DNA of 63,391 bases, the filler included, from Choristocarpus tenellus KU-1152 (lineage: Eukaryota; Protista; Phaeophyceae), in assembly GCA_964200185.2 (NCBI GenBank). It is 13 parts of 13 records of this genome, joined end to end, with 100 filler letters (N's around TTAATTAATTAA, not from the genome) between each part and the next. Parts side by side here need not be neighbours in the genome. Positions count along the whole stretch, not along the records: positions 1 to 4,346 come from CAXNAD020014998.1; positions 4,447 to 7,430 come from CAXNAD020023156.1; positions 7,531 to 10,369 come from CAXNAD020024301.1; positions 10,470 to 13,856 come from CAXNAD020020384.1; 9 more parts are not named here. The stretch is one strand, 5' to 3'. A model generated the notes under the pieces. The model was not told the origin of the DNA and did not search any database. It saw only the letters and a list, made by a program, of their open reading frames with translations. This document shows, one piece after another, positions 1 through 12,862 of the stretch. Each line of letters begins with the position of its first letter. Position 1 is the stretch's first letter. Both the position numbers and the translations under genes were made by a program.

Positions 1-1364
1 CTGGTGTAGACCCCCCCCCCTCCCCTAAATACTTTTGAGTCATATATGTTACGCACACGTAATAGAACCATGCCCAGAGGAACCAAGTACTCGGGTGGGG
101 GGATACAGAGAGACTGGATTTAACTTTTTCTTTTCCATGGGTCATACACCATGCACACTCAAATAAGTCATGCCCAGAGGAGGCCTCACAGTATTAGGCA
201 CTACTGAGGCATTGGAGGATGGGGCTTCAATTTTTCCTCTCCGTATGCCATGTGCACTCAGCTAGCCATGGTCAGAGGGGCTTTCACATTGCCACGCACC
301 AACCGCGATTGGTGCTTCTGAAGTCACCTGTTGGCACCTTCAAAATCATTGAGAGTTGACAGGTGAAACGGAGATAAAATGTTTAACTACTGAGTTTTGA
401 ATTGGTTCAGGTGTTTCTATTCCTCCAAGAAAGTGTATCATTCGAGCGATATGCAGTATTTGATGTCAAGCCCAACTTATATTTCATGCCATAAACATTG
501 TACATGTACCGCATAGTGGTGTGGTGTACACTCAACCTCTTGATACACAATCAAATGGTCACTGAAATTGTTTATAGCAACTCCGAGTCACCTTTTCCAG
601 TCTCACCACCGAATAAAGTCACACGACCGGTGGTAATCAAACATCATTCTGTGCAATGTATCACTGTGCTTGTACTCCATTGGCAGACAATTGTTGTAAG
701 CGTACCATGCATCAGTGTTGATATGAGTCTGCTCATATAAACCCATATATCTTGACTCAAGGTTACCATTTTTTTTAGTCATTCTTTCCTACCTCGCAAA
801 TATGTCTGTAGTCATAGGGTGAAAACTCCGCCATCTTCTCTCATGCAGGGTCATACCACTAGTTTGCAATCACCATTGTTTGGATACTTTATGTACATAC
901 TCGACTTTTGCTCACCGATGATATGGGTACTGTCATTAACACTACATACTATTTAATCATAGCAGTTGGGTTACATTCTCCTACACTTCTTCACTGAGAT
1001 GTGTCAGGGATAGGGCTTATTCCCCTTGCCATAGATCCTGCTGAACGCTGTTTCTTTTTGACAATTAAACTACATGAATCTGGGAAAAAAATCGGAGGCC
1101 CTACCTTGCATAAAACCTATGGGAAGTTTAGATTGGGTACAGCACGTCTGGAACATGGTCACTCCAGGCAGTTTGCGGGCAACCTTTTACATCCCTCCAT
1201 CCTCACTCCCCATTGTCGATGATGCCATAAGGTCGAATCCCATCTCATCAGGGTCCCTGCCTACTCCCCTTGTCACGTCCCCCTCTCCTACCCCCTCCAG
1301 CTCCCTGTGCGTGTCTGATTCTCACTAAACTCTCTTTGGGGAAAGTTTATTGAAATGGGGGCTG

Positions 1365-1366
<2 letters not shown>

Positions 1367-1407
<41 letters not shown>
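1367..1407. repeat. (GT)n microsatellite; others at ~3288-3307 (CA), ~11867-11904 (GGA), ~32286-32310 (GA), ~35753-35795 (TG), ~57406-57470 poly-C
   Basis: Directly visible. Confidence 0.95.
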
Positions 1408-1410
<3 letters not shown>

Positions 1411-1503
1411 CCGTGTAGGGGGCAGATGCTGGGGTGCCTGTTAATTGCTCTACCTACTGCCTCTTCCCCTTTGTCCATTGATATCTCTTGCGAGCAACTG
1501 GTG

Positions 1504-1701
1504 GCTGTGCACAAACTGGCATCCAGTGCAAACTGATTGTGTAAGCATATCTCATGCAACAGGCCTCCCAACAGTGTCATTCACATCTTCCCCCATGTCC
1601 ATAAGTATCCCTTGTTAGCACCAGGTTGCTGTGCACAAATTGGCATCCAGTCCAAACTAATTGTGTAAGGATATCTCAGAAGGCCTCCCAACAGTGTCAT
1701 T
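1504..1701 (+). repeat. Near-tandem direct duplication of a ~75-bp unit (1504-1581 and 1628-1701)
   Basis: GCTGTGCACAAA(C/T)TGGCATCCAGT...GGCCTCCCAACAGTGTCATT occurs twice with a few differences. Confidence 0.9.
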
Positions 1702-2302
1702 ACAGGGACTGATATGGATTTTCTTTTGCCGAGTTGGGATGTGGAGTATTGTTTTTCCAACTGGGGGGTTAACCAACATTGAATATGTTAGCACTGTGGT
1801 TACTCCGGTGTCTGCACCCACCTATCCACTTCAGTGACTGACCAAGTGAAGTCCAACACGTTTTTGGATTATGATACATACCAACCTGTTTGTTTTTTGG
1901 TAACCATTTAACAAGACTGTACAATTTTGCGGACAATTTTCTACTCTGTCCCTCCTGATTCACCGCTATATCACTACCATGTAATTTTTTTAATATGAAA
2001 TATATAATGAAATATGAAAAGTGTTGAAATGGGCTTGGAATTGTCACGGAACCGGAAAATATACCTCAATAAATTCAGTAATAGTTTAGTAGTAGCAGTA
2101 GTGAAGACATCAAATTATGCATTATATGTATACCACCCTCCATTGAACCCGGCGAACACAACACCAACAGCTGTCTCCCTTACCTGTCTCTTTTCCTGGT
2201 TTAGGTTGTTGGGACAAACAGAAAATCTTGATAGTAGCTTATCAAATACCGCTTATATATTAGTCATGAAGACTTCTAAGTCCCTATTGCGCTGGTGGTC
2301 TT

Positions 2303-4346
2303 ATGCTTGATATGGCGGTTGTCGGACCCCCTTCTTCTGATACTGAGTGTGGGGAGTGGTCAAAGGGTACCAGCGAGGCAAGCCACCAGTCTTGTCTAAT
2401 GGCGCCCATCCCGTCACGGCTAGACATGGATTTGCCCTTCTCTGCCAGCCCGCTCGAGTCCCTAATCTCACGTGGATCTCCTGTTAACTCGGAGGGGACG
2501 GAGTACTTCGATGCCCAACAGGAGATGCCCTTGACTCCAAGTCCTAAACTTTTCCCAGGCGACTGTGAAGTGCATACGCCTGAAGATGGGAGAACGCAGA
2601 GAGTTGCAACTCATGTGAAGGATTCGAACAGAAAATTCGCGACGAATGTCCGTGAAGTGAGCAAACTTCCAACACCAGGACAGGTGACGAGATATTTTGT
2701 TGCGTCCTTAATGCTTTTTGGAAAAAATAAAACCTTCTCAGTATAATCCGGATATAAATCTAGTACGTCTCGTGCGCTTAGCACCTCGATATTGTAGCGA
2801 ACATTCTCTAGGAAGTGGTGTGCTGTGCGACTGGATGCTTACATTTTCTGTTTGTCAGCATCGTTTTGATCTATGGTGACCTCAACTGTGACGTTCCATT
2901 GTCCAGAACGTGCGTACGACTTCTGTTGTGCACTTTGCCAAATGAAAATTTCATGACAGCTGTGAAACACTTACTTGACGGCGTAAGGCAAATGAAACAC
3001 TCTCCGATGACAACTAAGCAGGACTTGTAGACCACCTCTATCGAAGCAACCAACCCGCCATCCTAGGATGTGTCCTACCCCATCCTACGCAACCCCCCCC
3101 TCTCTTGAGCAACAGAGTGCGTGGGAGAAAGTCGCTTACACTTGGGGGTTTAACCACCCTAAGACCCAATATATTGGTGTTGCAATATCTGTGCATGCCT
3201 ATCGTCCCAAGTCTGTGGTTGGGTAAGACCAACTCCTTCCTTGAAAAAAATGTATCACCTTGACCTTCCTACTCCCTGATGAATCCAACACACACACACA
3301 CACACACGTCTTTTAATCACTCCTCCTTCAGCATCCGATGCCACTTTACAAACACAAAGCACTTTCGTACTCAAACCCACTCCTTCTCATTAGTTGTTTG
3401 GTGCTGACATTTCCGCATTCTCCACTCTCATTGGTGTCACTTTTATTATTATCTATTGTGATGATGAAGATCGATCGAATATGCAGCGAGGACCAGGTGT
3501 TTAACTCGGGGTGTGTCCTCTTTGCTTCTAAAGGTGTGTAACAGTATGATGAGAGCCAAGTACAACAATTGAGTAGTGTCAGACATTGGTGGATAGTTTT
3601 TGTTCGCATATGCAATATTACTATCCTACTGTTCCCCTATTCCTTCATAACTGCTGGTTCATAAGATGGGTTCCTCAAGTTTCAATGTAGAAGGGTTTAG
3701 TATCCCTAGTTCTACATCTGTGCTGCCCTGAAGGCCTCCCACTCATCTGCCCTCCCACTGAATGCCTACATATTCACCTGTTTTACTATTGATGCTCACA
3801 CCTAGATGTGATCCTTCAAAGAGAACGTCTGAGATCCAACAGCTTATGCCTGGTTGAAGATGCAATTTCTCCAGTTCATGGCAAGACATTAGGGGGAATG
3901 TCCTCAAGTATGACAGCAACCAGAAAGGATGTCAACAAGAGCCCCAACACTAGGGTGATTGACCTTTCTGATGGAGCGGATGATGCAGCTGAGGAGGAGG
4001 AATATGAGGGAACCAAGGGCAGTAGAATGGAGGAGGAGGAGGGGGGGAATGATGATCAGAATGATGATTCGTCCATTTTAGAAGATAAGGTGCATAGTGA
4101 GGGAGATGAAGAGAGCACTGTTGGTGAAACTGCTTCTCTTGTAGATGATCTAGATGGGGACCAGAGAGACCAGGGAATCCAAGGGGGTTTTGGACTAGGA
4201 CATAGGCGATATTTATCGGCTGACCCTCCACCCAGATCGGTGATTGTAGGCTCTGATGAAGTGGAAGAAACTGAGCATGGAGGTTGCCTGGGTGGCGGTG
4301 GTGAGAGCGCTGGGGGGGAAAGGAGGGGGACAGGAATGCGTTCCAT
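2303..4346 (+). CDS. Probable exons of an unknown gene (~2303-2683; acidic low-complexity exon ~3807-4346, cut by contig end)
   Basis: Long open frames, CAG|GTGACG donor after 2683, pyrimidine-rich CCTAG acceptor near 3806, E/D-rich translation. No family recognised and exon linkage not established. Confidence 0.4.
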
Positions 4347-4446
4347 NNNNNNNNNNNNNNNNNNNNNNNNNNNNNNNNNNNNNNNNNNNNTTAATTAATT
4401 AANNNNNNNNNNNNNNNNNNNNNNNNNNNNNNNNNNNNNNNNNNNN
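4347..4446. other. Artificial contig spacer (N44-TTAATTAATTAA-N44). Same spacer at 7431-7530, 10370-10469, 13857-13956, 16506-16605, 23699-23798, 28072-28171, 32418-32517, 40600-40699, 50304-50403, 53361-53460, 60363-60462
   Basis: Identical 100-bp N-flanked six-frame stop cassette, 12 times. Confidence 0.98.
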
Positions 4447-4678
4447 TAACGGTATAATAACAGACAAGCATGCTTTCCACACATGGACTCAATTCAACAC
4501 AATAATCTCATATACAAAAAATAAGGTACACCTCACTATTGTCCTATTTTGCACAGTTCCGGACCGCTATGTTGTGGATGTTGTTTAGGTATGATATAGC
4601 GATTTCTCGCCATCCCTACACTAACATTCCCGATTTTTTCGTCACATTGTTCATTCATATTACCTCAGGTCAGCAGAC

Positions 4679-6480
4679 ATGCCTGGATCACAGAGTCCGC
4701 AGGGAATCAGTGATTCGGAGAGGTATCAGCCCAGCGTCACACCTCGCCAGAATTCCCGCAACATCTGTGGTTGCTCCCCTGAACGCAGAAGCAAGTCAAA
4801 GATCGTGTCCATTTCCGCTCCTCCACCAGTGGCAGATCCTGTTCCAGGTGGAGATCCCAAGGCAGGCACTCCAAACGAGACTCATGAAGGAGGAGAGACG
4901 AGCACAAAGGCCGAACCTGTTCACCAAAACATCGCAGCCGAGCAAGAGATTCCTCTCCAAACAGGTCTGTCCCACTAAGAACCGCCACTCAGAGAGAAAG
5001 TATATGGTTACAATACGTCGTCACAGAGAGGTAGAAGTACAGCTCAGAAGTGAAATTAATGAGCTACGTGTACAAGCAAAGTTGAATCAGTCCAGATCTG
5101 GCAGACAAGAGAGAGATAGAACCGCCCGGAACCTAGACATGCGCTACCACCAAGATTGCATCAAAACCATGGAACACATTCACAAGAAGCTTGGAGATCC
5201 GACCAAAGGACCCCTTTCTCAGGGGATATCAGCAGGTAACTCAGGCCCACGGCGTCTAACAGTCCCATTTTCTTCGCTGACACTCCCATTAAGGCTCTCG
5301 GGAGAGCTTAAGGAGGAATGTTGGCCTCACCCAAGGATCGATCCAGGAACCATTGTGCATTGCGTCCACACAGGGATAACGTAACACCTTTCCTCATCGA
5401 GCTCCTCGAACAACTCTTGTGTGACTCTCTTAGGATACAGAGCGATATTCTGGGCGACTCTTCTATAATCGAGGTCCCCAGTATCACAGGGTAACTCTTA
5501 CAGGTTCCTCCAGACGACATAACAGCAACCGAGTGGGTCCACATTTTGGTGAGAGAACGCATCCTTTCCAATAGCAAGTCGAAAAACACAGTAAAGGTTG
5601 CCATGAGTTGTTTGAAGACAGAGAAAGGAGAGTCATGGAGGGTTGGGGCCAACCGTCTGGTTTTTCACTACCATGCGTATACCGCAGACTCGCCAATGCG
5701 TCATATCTGTGAACCTCCTTTTTTGTGGAGATATGGCGACATCAATTATTGACTTGTTTGAACTACCCTTCCCAATTCTAATCTCTATCTTAAACCAAAT
5801 AGGAGTTCAAACTATGACATTTTCCTTCCACAAACAAAATATTTTCCAATTTTTTCCACTGGATATTTCCGAGAATAATCCATTGGGAAACGAAGTGGTG
5901 AAAAGGGGAATGAAAGGTGAACAACGGATCTTTTTGATGATATGGTAGAGGAATGAATTGTCGAACAGGAGTGACTGAAATGTTTTCTTGCACTATTAGT
6001 TCATTGTAAAACACTGTATGTCAGAAGTTGAACGTTATCAGTCAAGGACGATCAACCTACATCTCACTTGTACACCACGTTCTTGACATCTAAGAACCAA
6101 AAAACACTCTTGTTGGGTTGATCTATGGCGGATTCTTGTCCACATTCCAACTGCTTCCGTCCTCTTGTTGATAATAAATCGCAACAAGCAACATTGGCAC
6201 AGAATTGAGGGAGAAAAATGTCCAATTTTGAAGGTCAAAGATGTTGGAATAGACTCCTCCAATGGTATTGGAGATCACTAGTCTAGGTATAGAGTCAGAA
6301 CACATCAGTTATTTGTTGGTAAAACCAGAAGTGTTCTTGTGTCCGAACGAATGGATAGAGGTTCGTAGTTGCCTACCACCTCCTTGAGATTGATCACTCC
6401 TCTACAACATCTGCCAACATTCCTGTGTTTATCACTCCTATCCATACATGGGATTAAAGCAAGACCAGGATCGTTGTTTT
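4679..6480 (+). pseudogene. Decayed intronless ORF region, possibly gag/protease-like retroelement relic
   Basis: Overlapping long frames broken by shifts and stops, coiled-coil-like segment (REVEVQLRSEINELRVQAK). No diagnostic motif. Confidence 0.25.
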
Positions 6481-8801
6481 CACATGAATATTGGTATTGG
6501 AGTTGATGATGGGGATCGTCCTGCCGTCCAGTCTGGTGTGCCCAGTGCGCGGGTTCCTACGGGGTGTGTACCAGACAAAGTCAGGCCCATATCGTCCCTT
6601 CGGGATAAAGGGATTTGAAATGAAGCAGTGAATCATTCTTGCGATACAGATGACTCTTTCCGTGTCGGACAGCACCATTCAACGCACCACGGTCGCAAGG
6701 GGAAGCTCGTGGATTGGCGAGATGGAGCGCGAGAGAGGAAAAAGTTGGGATGGTACCTGTGACACTTGAAAGTGATCCACGGACAACAACCGTTATTCTT
6801 AACGAGCTGATCCCTGCACAAGATGACGGCGGCAATTAAGGTTATATGGTCAGCGCTGCCGCTATAACCGTGCCTGTCTCGATTGGACCTGGAGCAGTCA
6901 CTGCACTTGTCCCTGCGGGGGCATTGCATTAATTGGAGATGTCAACATTCTTGCTTACAGTGCGAGGAAAACAGTCGCTGTGCCTGCCACCAAGTTCAGC
7001 AGGCATCAGCAGGAGGAGTAGTAAGTCTCCACCAGAGAGGAAAGGAGCAGCTATTACATCTGAAGTGCTTGCTGCAATGGTGCACTACCACGATCCCCCA
7101 CTCGCCTCTACAAGGACTAGAGTCAAGCTACAACTCCTAAGGGAGAAGGAGTCAAGCCGGCAGCACCTGGAAGCGAAGGGCTTGGTAGTACCGAGGTGCT
7201 TTCCGTCATGACAGACTTCGATGTCCTTCTGCTTACCTGTGAAAGGGCTCGAGCTAAGCCTCCAACTGCTGAGGGAGAAGGAGCCAAGCAACCAACCCTG
7301 CTAGGGGGGGCATTGCTGCTTCCAAGGTGTTTGTCGTGGTGGCAGACGTTGACGACTCTTGCAGGGAAGGCACCCTGGCAAAGCAGGTGGTCTGCAAGGG
7401 CTGTCTGTACAAGATTGGTGAGACTGGGAGNNNNNNNNNNNNNNNNNNNNNNNNNNNNNNNNNNNNNNNNNNNNTTAATTAATTAANNNNNNNNNNNNNN
7501 NNNNNNNNNNNNNNNNNNNNNNNNNNNNNNCCCAAATGGACAGCCGCCACCCCCTCCCAGATACTTTGAGCCAAAGATCGCTTTTTGGAAGCAGTTAAGG
7601 AGTTATGGCATGCAAATATTAGGGGAAGGCGGGGGGGGAGGGGAGGTAATCAGAACCACTCCAACAAAGGATATTTGTCCTGGTACTCTGGTAGTTAAAC
7701 AGATACCCTGTACTTCTACATTTGTGGGTTAGGAGCTGACGGTATGGATCCTCCAGAACAAAGTCAAAGTCCCAGCCAAGAAATGGCCTTCTACCAAGTT
7801 ATATGTTCAAGAAAGTTTCATGGTTTTGTTTCCAACAGAAGGGCAGGTAGAACATTGGTATGCTGTACAAAAAAAAATAGTTTGAAGTATACAGTTTGTT
7901 GCCTCTAGGGTCTCCACCAGAGGAGCTCCTTTGTTCTACCTTACACTTGTGCTTACCTCTGTGAGAATTTTGCTCACCTTGGATAGCATTTTATGATGCC
8001 TACCTGTAGACCTACTTGGAGGCCTTGTGTTGCGCGCTTTTGTCATATTAACATGTGATGTAGAGTTGCACAACAACGCTTGTTGTTTGTAACGACTTCC
8101 TTCATTTTATGCAGGTACTACAGAAATTAACTGCTCTAGTACAATGTAGGAAATCAGATATCGATGCTGTTTCTTTAGACTAAAACCAACTTCAAACTGG
8201 GATTCTCCCACTATCTACAAGAAGGAGAACTGAGTAACACAGGTTGAAGCATATGTGATGCTTCTTTGTGCATACATCAGCAGCCTTGGTGGTTAGTTGC
8301 CAACTGTCTTTCACCTCTCTTCTCGTTGCAACTATTTGCCCACGAGTGCATGTGCCTCCTTGTTGCCGTGTTTTGTCATTGGGTCACCTACAAGGCCACC
8401 CTACTCAAGGTACAAGCTGCACAAAGAAATGTGTCAATACTCAGGAGGGAGGTGTCAGACAAGGGTGCACTTGCCAGGTAAGCTCTTTGTTGACTGGTGA
8501 AAAGGATGTGTATATTAGGGACATTCAAGAGTTGTGCTACTCCAATTGAAAAATTGAGGGGAAGAATCAGAAGCTGCTGCAGTCTAGTTTGCGCTGGCAC
8601 CCATAGGAGTTTCTCAAGGTGGAAGACAATTACTCCACAGTACTGCACAGTACGTCACCAAATGCACTCCTTGTATATTCATTGTCTTTCTTCATCAACC
8701 ACACAACTATTCCAGTCAATTCAGAGCAATTAAATTATACATTGAGGGTTATCTATTGGCGTTATGATCACATGCACACTGTCTTGCAGATATTGTTCAC
8801 A

Positions 8802-9062
8802 GACCCAAAGCTTTTAAGAGGGTAGGGCCACTCCCATCTGGGATCGTAATTCCGTAGTTACGATTTTGATGAACTTTGGCTATAATGTTTGTTTGAAAGA
8901 GTCAATATCCTTGCTCCGAACACATCTTTCATATTCAGTCATGTACATTTCAGGTAACTGTGTTCATACAGAAAACCGAAAAAGGGCATGAAAACCCGTG
9001 GGAAGCCAAGCCCCGAATGGACAAACAGGGCAAAACTCCTAACCTCTTAGTTGCTCTTACTC
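8802..9062 (+). mobile_element. MITE family A, diverged copy
   Basis: Aligns by eye with other A copies (GGGAAGCCAAGCCCCGAATGGACAAACAGGGCAAAACTC); flanked by ACA/ACA. Confidence 0.85.
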
Positions 9063-9231
9063 ACAGTGGTTAGTATCCATGACCAAACAGCACATTCACC
9101 TCAGGCTCTTACAGTACAGTGGTGCCTGGAGGGACAGAGAAAGGACAATACTACAATTTGAAACAGGAATCTGTCCAATTAGTTAGTATTTTTGTGTAAC
9201 TCCAAAACTACTTTGCACCAGTCTACACAAA

Positions 9232-9487
9232 GAGTGAAAGTATCTTAGAGGGTACGAATTTTTCCCTGTTTGTCCATTTAGGGCTTGGCTTCCCAGGGTT
9301 TTTTTTTTACATTTCCTACTCCAAAATGTTTCGGAGTAGATAAAATGTATATGTTATGAAAAGGTGTGTCTGAAACATAGATATTGACACTTCCTAACAA
9401 ACATGATAGCCAAATTACATCAAAATCGCAACATTATATTTCGACCTCCAAATTGACGCAGCTCTACCCTCTAAGATACTTTGGCTC
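9232..9487 (-). mobile_element. MITE family A
   Basis: TIR GAGTGAAAGTATCTTAGAGGGTA...TACCCTCTAAGATACTTTGGCTC; no TSD seen. Confidence 0.92.
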
Positions 9488-9613
9488 TTGTATCAACACA
9501 CAGACAATGTAAGGATAATACTAGGTTATTCGACATTCTGCCCTTGCTGAAAACAAGTATTAACTCTCAAACAATTGCATTTAACAAAAAAAAGGTACAC
9601 ATATGTCATTTTT

Positions 9614-10260
9614 CTACAAATTCATCAAAAACTTCACATGCTGTCTAAAAACTCGAACTGGCAAATTCTTGGTCAGCACATCTGCCCTCTGATTTGCAGT
9701 ACCAACAAAAACAACACGAACCTCTCCTTTTTCTAGATAAATCCCTCAGAAAATGGTGTCAGACATCAATGTGCTTTGTTCTAGTAGAGCTTGTGGCATT
9801 TCGTACTAGTTTGCATGCACCATTGTTGTCCTCAAACATGTCAATGCAACGCCTAGGAAACTGTGGCTGAATAAACTCAAAAATGCTTCTCCAGAAAAGT
9901 AATTCCTGTGCCACACCGCTAAGAGCTATGTATTCACTCTCCGTGGAAGACAGAGCTACAACTCTTTGTACCTTTGACATCCAAGATATTGCTCCTCCTG
10001 CAAACATTATGGCTCCTCCAGTCACTGATCTATGATCATTGCAGTCTCCAGCATAACTAGCATCAGCATACGCACTCAACTCACACTCAGTATCAAAACC
10101 ACCAAAACTCAACCCAACACTGGGACACGTATTCAAATATGCTAAAATACATTTCACTGCACGCCAATGTGTGACTTTGGGATTGCTACTGTACTTGGCA
10201 ACTTTACGAACTGCATTTGCAATGTCAAGCCTAGTCATAACAGATGCCCACATCGAACTA
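9614..10260 (-). mobile_element. Ty1/copia pol 3' fragment (RT C-terminus + RNase H), pseudogenised
   Basis: TRLDIANAV, HWRAVKCILAYL, AYADASYA, SWMSKVQRVVALSSTESEY, FEDNNGA, RTKHIDV*HHFLRD, QRADVLTK; in-frame TGA at 9759-9761 where Arg is expected. Confidence 0.95.
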
Positions 10261-11018
10261 CAAACTGTCTCAATGTGTACGGTGTATTTTCATTAACACT
10301 TGGATGATCCTCACTCTTGTCCAAAGTCCTTGAGAGATCATGGGGTACCGCCCTCTTCTTTGCCCCATCNNNNNNNNNNNNNNNNNNNNNNNNNNNNNNN
10401 NNNNNNNNNNNNNTTAATTAATTAANNNNNNNNNNNNNNNNNNNNNNNNNNNNNNNNNNNNNNNNNNNNTTTGGGGTTCCCCACGCCCGTATACTGCTCG
10501 CGCCAGTCAAAGCGCGGGAAGAAATACTCGCGCTACTCGCCTGTAACAGAGCCCCCCAAAATTGTCTTGAGGGTTGGGAACATTTAAAGCAGTAGATCAA
10601 AGTGCCCAGATGGCCCCAAGCCTCACTGTTCAACATGAGGGTTGTTGGTGTAGCCCGACCAGAAAAAGTGATTATGGCATGTGGAGGTCACACTGACCGA
10701 TGTATAAGAAGACATGAGTTGCACCAGTCCCCTGTGGTAGACTTTGATGACATAACTGTTGATGGCATCAAAAACCCGTATCAACACAGGGAGGTAGACA
10801 TTCCTTACTTTGCACAAACCCCAGGTGTAGAACTCATTGAAGAGTGTTGAGCCTGGTCCTAGCCACGACAACACAGTTGTTCGTGGTGGTGCAGTCACTA
10901 AAACAACTCCATAGATCAAATCCAGGCAACCTCGCTCTTTCACAGTGGTATAGGTGCAGTTCAAAACATAGGACTTCGTTGTGGTTTTCGAAGCTAGTGA
11001 GGAGGGAATCACTGTATG

Positions 11019-11277
11019 GATTCAAAGTATTTTAGAGGGTAGAGCCGCGTCCGTTTGGGGGCCAAAATCCAATGTTTCGATTTGACGTAATTTTGGCTAA
11101 CGTGTTTGTTAGGAAGCGTCAATATCCTTGTTCTGGACACAAATTTTCATAGTGTATACATTTTACCTACTCCGAAACATTTCTCAAAGGTAAAGTATCA
11201 TTAAAAAAAACGTGGGAAGTCAAGCCCCAAACGGACAAACAGGGCAAAACTCGTACCCCTCTAAGATACTTTCACTC
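11019..11277 (+). mobile_element. MITE family A
   Basis: TIR ..CAAAGTATTTTAGAGGGTA / CCCTCTAAGATACTTTCACTC; flanks ATG/ACG. Confidence 0.92.
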
Positions 11278-12240
11278 ACGTAGAAACGGTTCCGTAAGTA
11301 GTTCAATCGACAGTAACATCGGCCAGGCAAGGACTTTTGATATTGGACATTTTTCCTCCAGTTGGTAGAATTTCTGTAGATGAAGGTATAGTAGGGAGTG
11401 GGACATATTTTGGATCAGGACAGAGCGAGCAAACGATAAGGGGATCATAACTAAAAGAGGATGGAAGGAGCAACCACACGTAAGGGCACAGATATAGGCA
11501 GAACGTAGTAGAGGACAACCTGACCTCAAACCCCCTTGTGGCATTGTTAAGGATGTGGATCCCACAGCTATCTTTAGCAACGTTTTGTGCATACCATATT
11601 GTCTGACGGAGGGATTGAAAGTTGTCCTGACCTGCCGTGGGCATGACACACACACATATATATAGACAATCACCAGAAGTAGTTCTTCTTGCAAAGACGA
11701 TAGCCTAAAACTTGAACTTCATTGTCAAGGTGTGCCAAGAGAGGGGCAGAAAATAGGGAACTACAGCAAGGGACATGGTTTGGTGGAGTTGTGATCGAAA
11801 ATGAAGAAATAAGTGGTGAGCAACATAATTTGTTTGGTGAGGTAGATAGATGTGAACTAGTAGTAAGAGGAGGAGGGGGAGGAGGAGGAGGAGGAGGAGG
11901 AGGAAGTAGTACTAGTTAACATGGGCTTCATTTCGGTTTCGTATTTTCGTGCATGTAAACTCCAACAACAGTATTCCACTTCTCTCAAAAAAAGGTGTTC
12001 GTCCACAGTTTTTTGTAATGCTTCCTTTTTTACTATGGAAAATATACTACTCCTGTGTATATATTTATTATACATGTAGTGGTGGTTACTACAACAGTAC
12101 AACAGTGGGGTATTTCGAGATATTCCAAAAACGTGTTCTTTCCAGCTTCTAACACCCTGCATTTCATTACATACACATATATAAAACATTAAACACACAC
12201 AAACCCGTAAAAGGGAATGCAAAAAGTTCAACTTTGGGGT

Positions 12241-12323
12241 TCCGCGCGGAGGGGTTCGAACCCTCGAAGCAATTACGCAGAAGAACTTAAGTCTTCCCCC
12301 TTTGACCACTGGGGTACACGCGG
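12241..12323 (-). tRNA. tRNA-Leu, anticodon TAA
   Basis: Acceptor CCGCGTG/CGCGCGG + A discriminator; D-arm CCC-CAGTGGTCAAA-GGG; anticodon arm GAAGA-CTTAAGT-TCTTC; long variable arm; T-arm GAGGG-TTCGAAC-CCCTC; T5 run ~15 nt downstream. Confidence 0.92.
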
Positions 12324-12597
12324 ACATTAATAATACACCATCGTTTGCTTCCTATTTCTTCGACTGATAGACTGATACACATTAATATCCTGTTCGCTCT
12401 TCCCTGCTAAATTTTCTTCACGCACACCAAGCCTAAGGGGCAAAGAGTCAAAGCAATGGAAAGGTAGGCAAGGTTGAATTTCAAGGATCCCGAGAAAGGG
12501 GGAAAATGCGCCATTTTGTACAAGAGCAGAAGAGCCTTCGCTTAATTGTGGTTTCAACTTGTGTGTGGACAGGGAGAATATCAATTTTGCGGACATA

Positions 12598-12862
12598 CTT
12601 CCTCTGTCCCATAAGTATGTTCCTTTATGCATGTACCTCTTCGGGATGACCTCCGATTTCAAAACTACTTTTTGCGTTGGATTGCTCGGAAAATGTTACA
12701 TAAGATGAGTTATATTTGAAAAAATAAATCCCGAAATTGTTTTGAACATTTGGAACAGAAAAGATATATCATTAATCCAACGAATGCAAAAATCCGTTTT
12801 GAAATCGGAGGTCATCCCGAAGAGGTACATGCATAAAGGAACATACTTATGGGATAATGAAA
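12598..12862. mobile_element. Fold-back MITE with ~58-bp perfect inverted arms, Stowaway/Tc1-mariner-like
   Basis: TCCCATAAGTATGTTCCTTTATGCATGTACCTCTTCGGGATGACCTCCGATTTCAAAA (12607-12664) inverted at ~12797-12854; left end TA|CTTCCTCTGTCCC; right tip degraded. Confidence 0.8.

Noticed and set aside
4391-4402. Recurring TTAATTAATTAA palindrome
   Set aside because: Artificial stop-codon linker inside N runs; ORFs ending in X..LIN/N are artefacts
7720-8800. Exon-like segments with splice signals
   Set aside because: Could not assemble a stop-free, recognisable protein
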